This document shows, one piece after another, positions 62,609 to 64,000 of a DNA stretch of 64,000 bases (position 1 is its first letter; every line of letters starts with the position of its first letter). This stretch comes from Gammaproteobacteria bacterium. GTDB taxonomy: Bacteria > Pseudomonadota > Gammaproteobacteria > SZUA-229. A program made the position numbers and the translations under genes. The stretch covers positions 36,543-100,542 of the forward strand of contig JASBSR010000034.1 in assembly GCA_030148865.1 (NCBI GenBank). Direction: 5' to 3'. The notes below the pieces were generated by a model. The model was not told where the DNA came from. It did no database searches and saw nothing but the letters and a program-made list of their open reading frames with translations.

Positions 62609-63295
62609 TCAACGACTCGCGGCTTTTTTGGCAACCTGATCGCGTAAATACACCGGAATTGCCTGTGCGGCGGCTACCCCCTGCTCACCACTGGCGAGGC
62701 CGACGACCGCGAGTTCGGCAATCGAGGCCGCAGACGGAAATACTTCGGCCTGACTGGTGCTGACATGATCGCCCAGCCGCCGCACCAGTAGATCAGCATA
62801 ACTGCCCCAGCCGGTACCGGCACCCGACCAACCCTCGGTATCGGGTATCGGCACCTGCTCGGGTGGTAGCACCATTTCCTGACCCTGCAATACCGGCAGG
62901 CCGTTGTTATTGATGAATGCACCCCAGTAGACTTCAGCCATGCGCGCGTCGATCGCCGCCAGCACTCGCATCGCACCGCGCTGCTGCATCTGGATATGCG
63001 CGATCGAGGCCAGCGTTGACACCGGCACGATGGGTAAATCCTGCGCCAGCGAGATGCCCTGCACCACACCGGCAGCAATGCGTAGCCCCATGAACGAACC
63101 CGGGCCACGACCAAATGCGAGCGCATCGAGCTGCGACAGTTTCAATTCGGCTTCGGCGAGACAGTCGTCCAGCATCTGTAAAATTAAATGACTGTGTTCA
63201 CGCGGTGCTAACCGATAGCGCTGACTGATTTCGCCATCCACATATAAGGCTACGGAGCAGGCTTCAGTCGCGGTATCAAGCGCCAGCAGTTTCAC
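62609..63295 (-). CDS. tsaB: tRNA N6-threonylcarbamoyladenosine biosynthesis protein TsaB (YeaZ)
   Basis: MKLLALDTATEACSVAL...GRGPGSFMGLRIAAGVVQG, the ASKHA-fold TsaB signature. Confidence 0.88.
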   Translation of the reverse strand: MKLLALDTATEACSVALYVDGEISQRYRLAPREHSHLILQMLDDCLAEAELKLSQLDALAFGRGPGSFMGLRIAAGVVQGISLAQDLPIVPVSTLASIAHIQMQQRGAMRVLAAIDARMAEVYWGAFINNNGLPVLQGQEMVLPPEQVPIPDTEGWSGAGTGWGSYADLLVRRLGDHVSTSQAEVFPSAASIAELAVVGLASGEQGVAAAQAIPVYLRDQVAKKAASR

Positions 63296-64000
63296 GCGCG
63301 CTCGCTTCTACTCTTGATTCAAAAAAATTCTGCACATCCGCTAATTGTTGTGTCTGTGGCATTTTCGGCAGGCTGTTCAAAAACACCTTGCCGTAAGATT
63401 TCTGTTTTAAACGCGGATCACCGATCACCACCACACCGTGATCATTAATATCCCGAATCAAGCGGCCGACACCCTGTTTGAGTGCAATGACCGCTTGAGG
63501 GACCTGATATTCCATAAACGGCTGACCGCCTTCACTGCGTATTGCATCAATGCGCGCCTGCATCACCGGATCACCCGGTGATGCAAACGGAATTTTGTCA
63601 ATGATGACACAGGATAAGGCACTGCCACGAACATCAACCCCTTCCCAGAAACTGGCAGTGCCGAGCAATAATGCCGATGGTGTGACACGAAATTTTTCCA
63701 GCAGAGTGTGCTTGGGATAATCGCCCTGAATGAATAATGGATAGTCATTCGAGGCGCGTAAAATATCGGCAGCCTCGTTCATCGCGCGATAACTGGTGAA
63801 CAATAAAAACGCGCGGCCACCGCTGGCGCGCAACACCGGGCGCACTTTTTCGAGCAAGGTGCGGGTGTAGGAAAAATCAGAGGGCTCAGGCAAATTTTCC
63901 GGGAGATACAATAAACTTTGCTGCTGGTAATCAAACGGACTATCCCAGACATCACTACGATAATGCTCCAGCCCCAGACTATTGGCAAAATGTGCGAAGT
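63276..64000 (-). CDS. ATP-dependent DinG/YoaA-family (XPD-like) DNA helicase, C-terminal part; the 5' end lies beyond the window
   Basis: The reading frame stays open to position 64000 (..FAHFANSLGLEHYRSDVWDSPFDYQQQSLLYLPENLPEP), so the track M at 63911 is a TTG inside the ORF. Helicase motifs V-VI are present: LLFTSYRAM...LLGTASFWEGVDVRG...VIIDKIPF...QGVGRLIR. Confidence 0.8.
   Translation of the reverse strand, partial: FAHFANSLGLEHYRSDVWDSPFDYQQQSLLYLPENLPEPSDFSYTRTLLEKVRPVLRASGGRAFLLFTSYRAMNEAADILRASNDYPLFIQGDYPKHTLLEKFRVTPSALLLGTASFWEGVDVRGSALSCVIIDKIPFASPGDPVMQARIDAIRSEGGQPFMEYQVPQAVIALKQGVGRLIRDINDHGVVVIGDPRLKQKSYGKVFLNSLPKMPQTQQLADVQNFFESRVEASARETAGA

Overview
This window looks like gammaproteobacterial chromosome, roughly 50% GC by eye, and is almost entirely conserved housekeeping synteny. 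No transposase, integrase, phage gene, CRISPR array, toxin-antitoxin pair or recognisable defence island is visible. I did not find a convincing new biological system.

Order of blocks:
- (minus) rpoS-nlpD-yqaA-like-pcm-surE
- (plus) an Smr-domain gene
- (minus) a small accessory patch: a PA2779-like protein and an NdvB-like GH17+GT2 glucan synthase
- (minus) lpxA-fabZ-lpxD-skp-bamA-rseP-dxr-cdsA-uppS-frr-pyrH-tsf-rpsB
- (plus) map-glnD-dapE, a small membrane protein with an RCK-type K+ channel, tRNA-Arg(CCT), ppiB-lpxH
- (minus) a secreted hypothetical, a DUF455 protein, comEA, then pyrF-lapB-ihfB-rpsA-cmk-aroA-tyrA-hisC-pheA-serA-serC-gyrA, then a DUF1249 protein
- (plus) a self-contained four-gene unit: ICMT-like methyltransferase, minimal kinase-fold protein, membrane-anchored hypothetical, GalT/HIT-like nucleotidyltransferase
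- (minus) a DUF2892 protein, sdhE-sdhB-sdhA-sdhD-sdhC
- (plus) ygfZ
- (minus) a globin-coupled PAS-GGDEF-EAL protein
- a 1.27-kb AT-rich stretch with almost no ORFs
- (plus) a CTERM-sorting-signal protein
- (minus) lysS, prfB with its canonical +1 frameshift, tsaB, and the 3' end of a DinG/YoaA-type helicase

The observations most worth a second look:
1. A roughly 190-bp nested-inverted-repeat (MITE/REP-like) family with three intergenic copies, one between sdhA and sdhB and one between prfB and lysS.
2. The ORF-poor divergent region between the c-di-GMP enzyme gene and the CTERM protein gene, which carries a G8 tract.
3. The uncharacterised methyltransferase / kinase / membrane protein / GalT-like operon.
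4. A roughly 70-aa Lys/Ala/Pro-rich tail on ribosomal protein S2, encoded by 18-bp tandem repeats.

All calls come from reading the translations and the DNA by eye. No database search was run.
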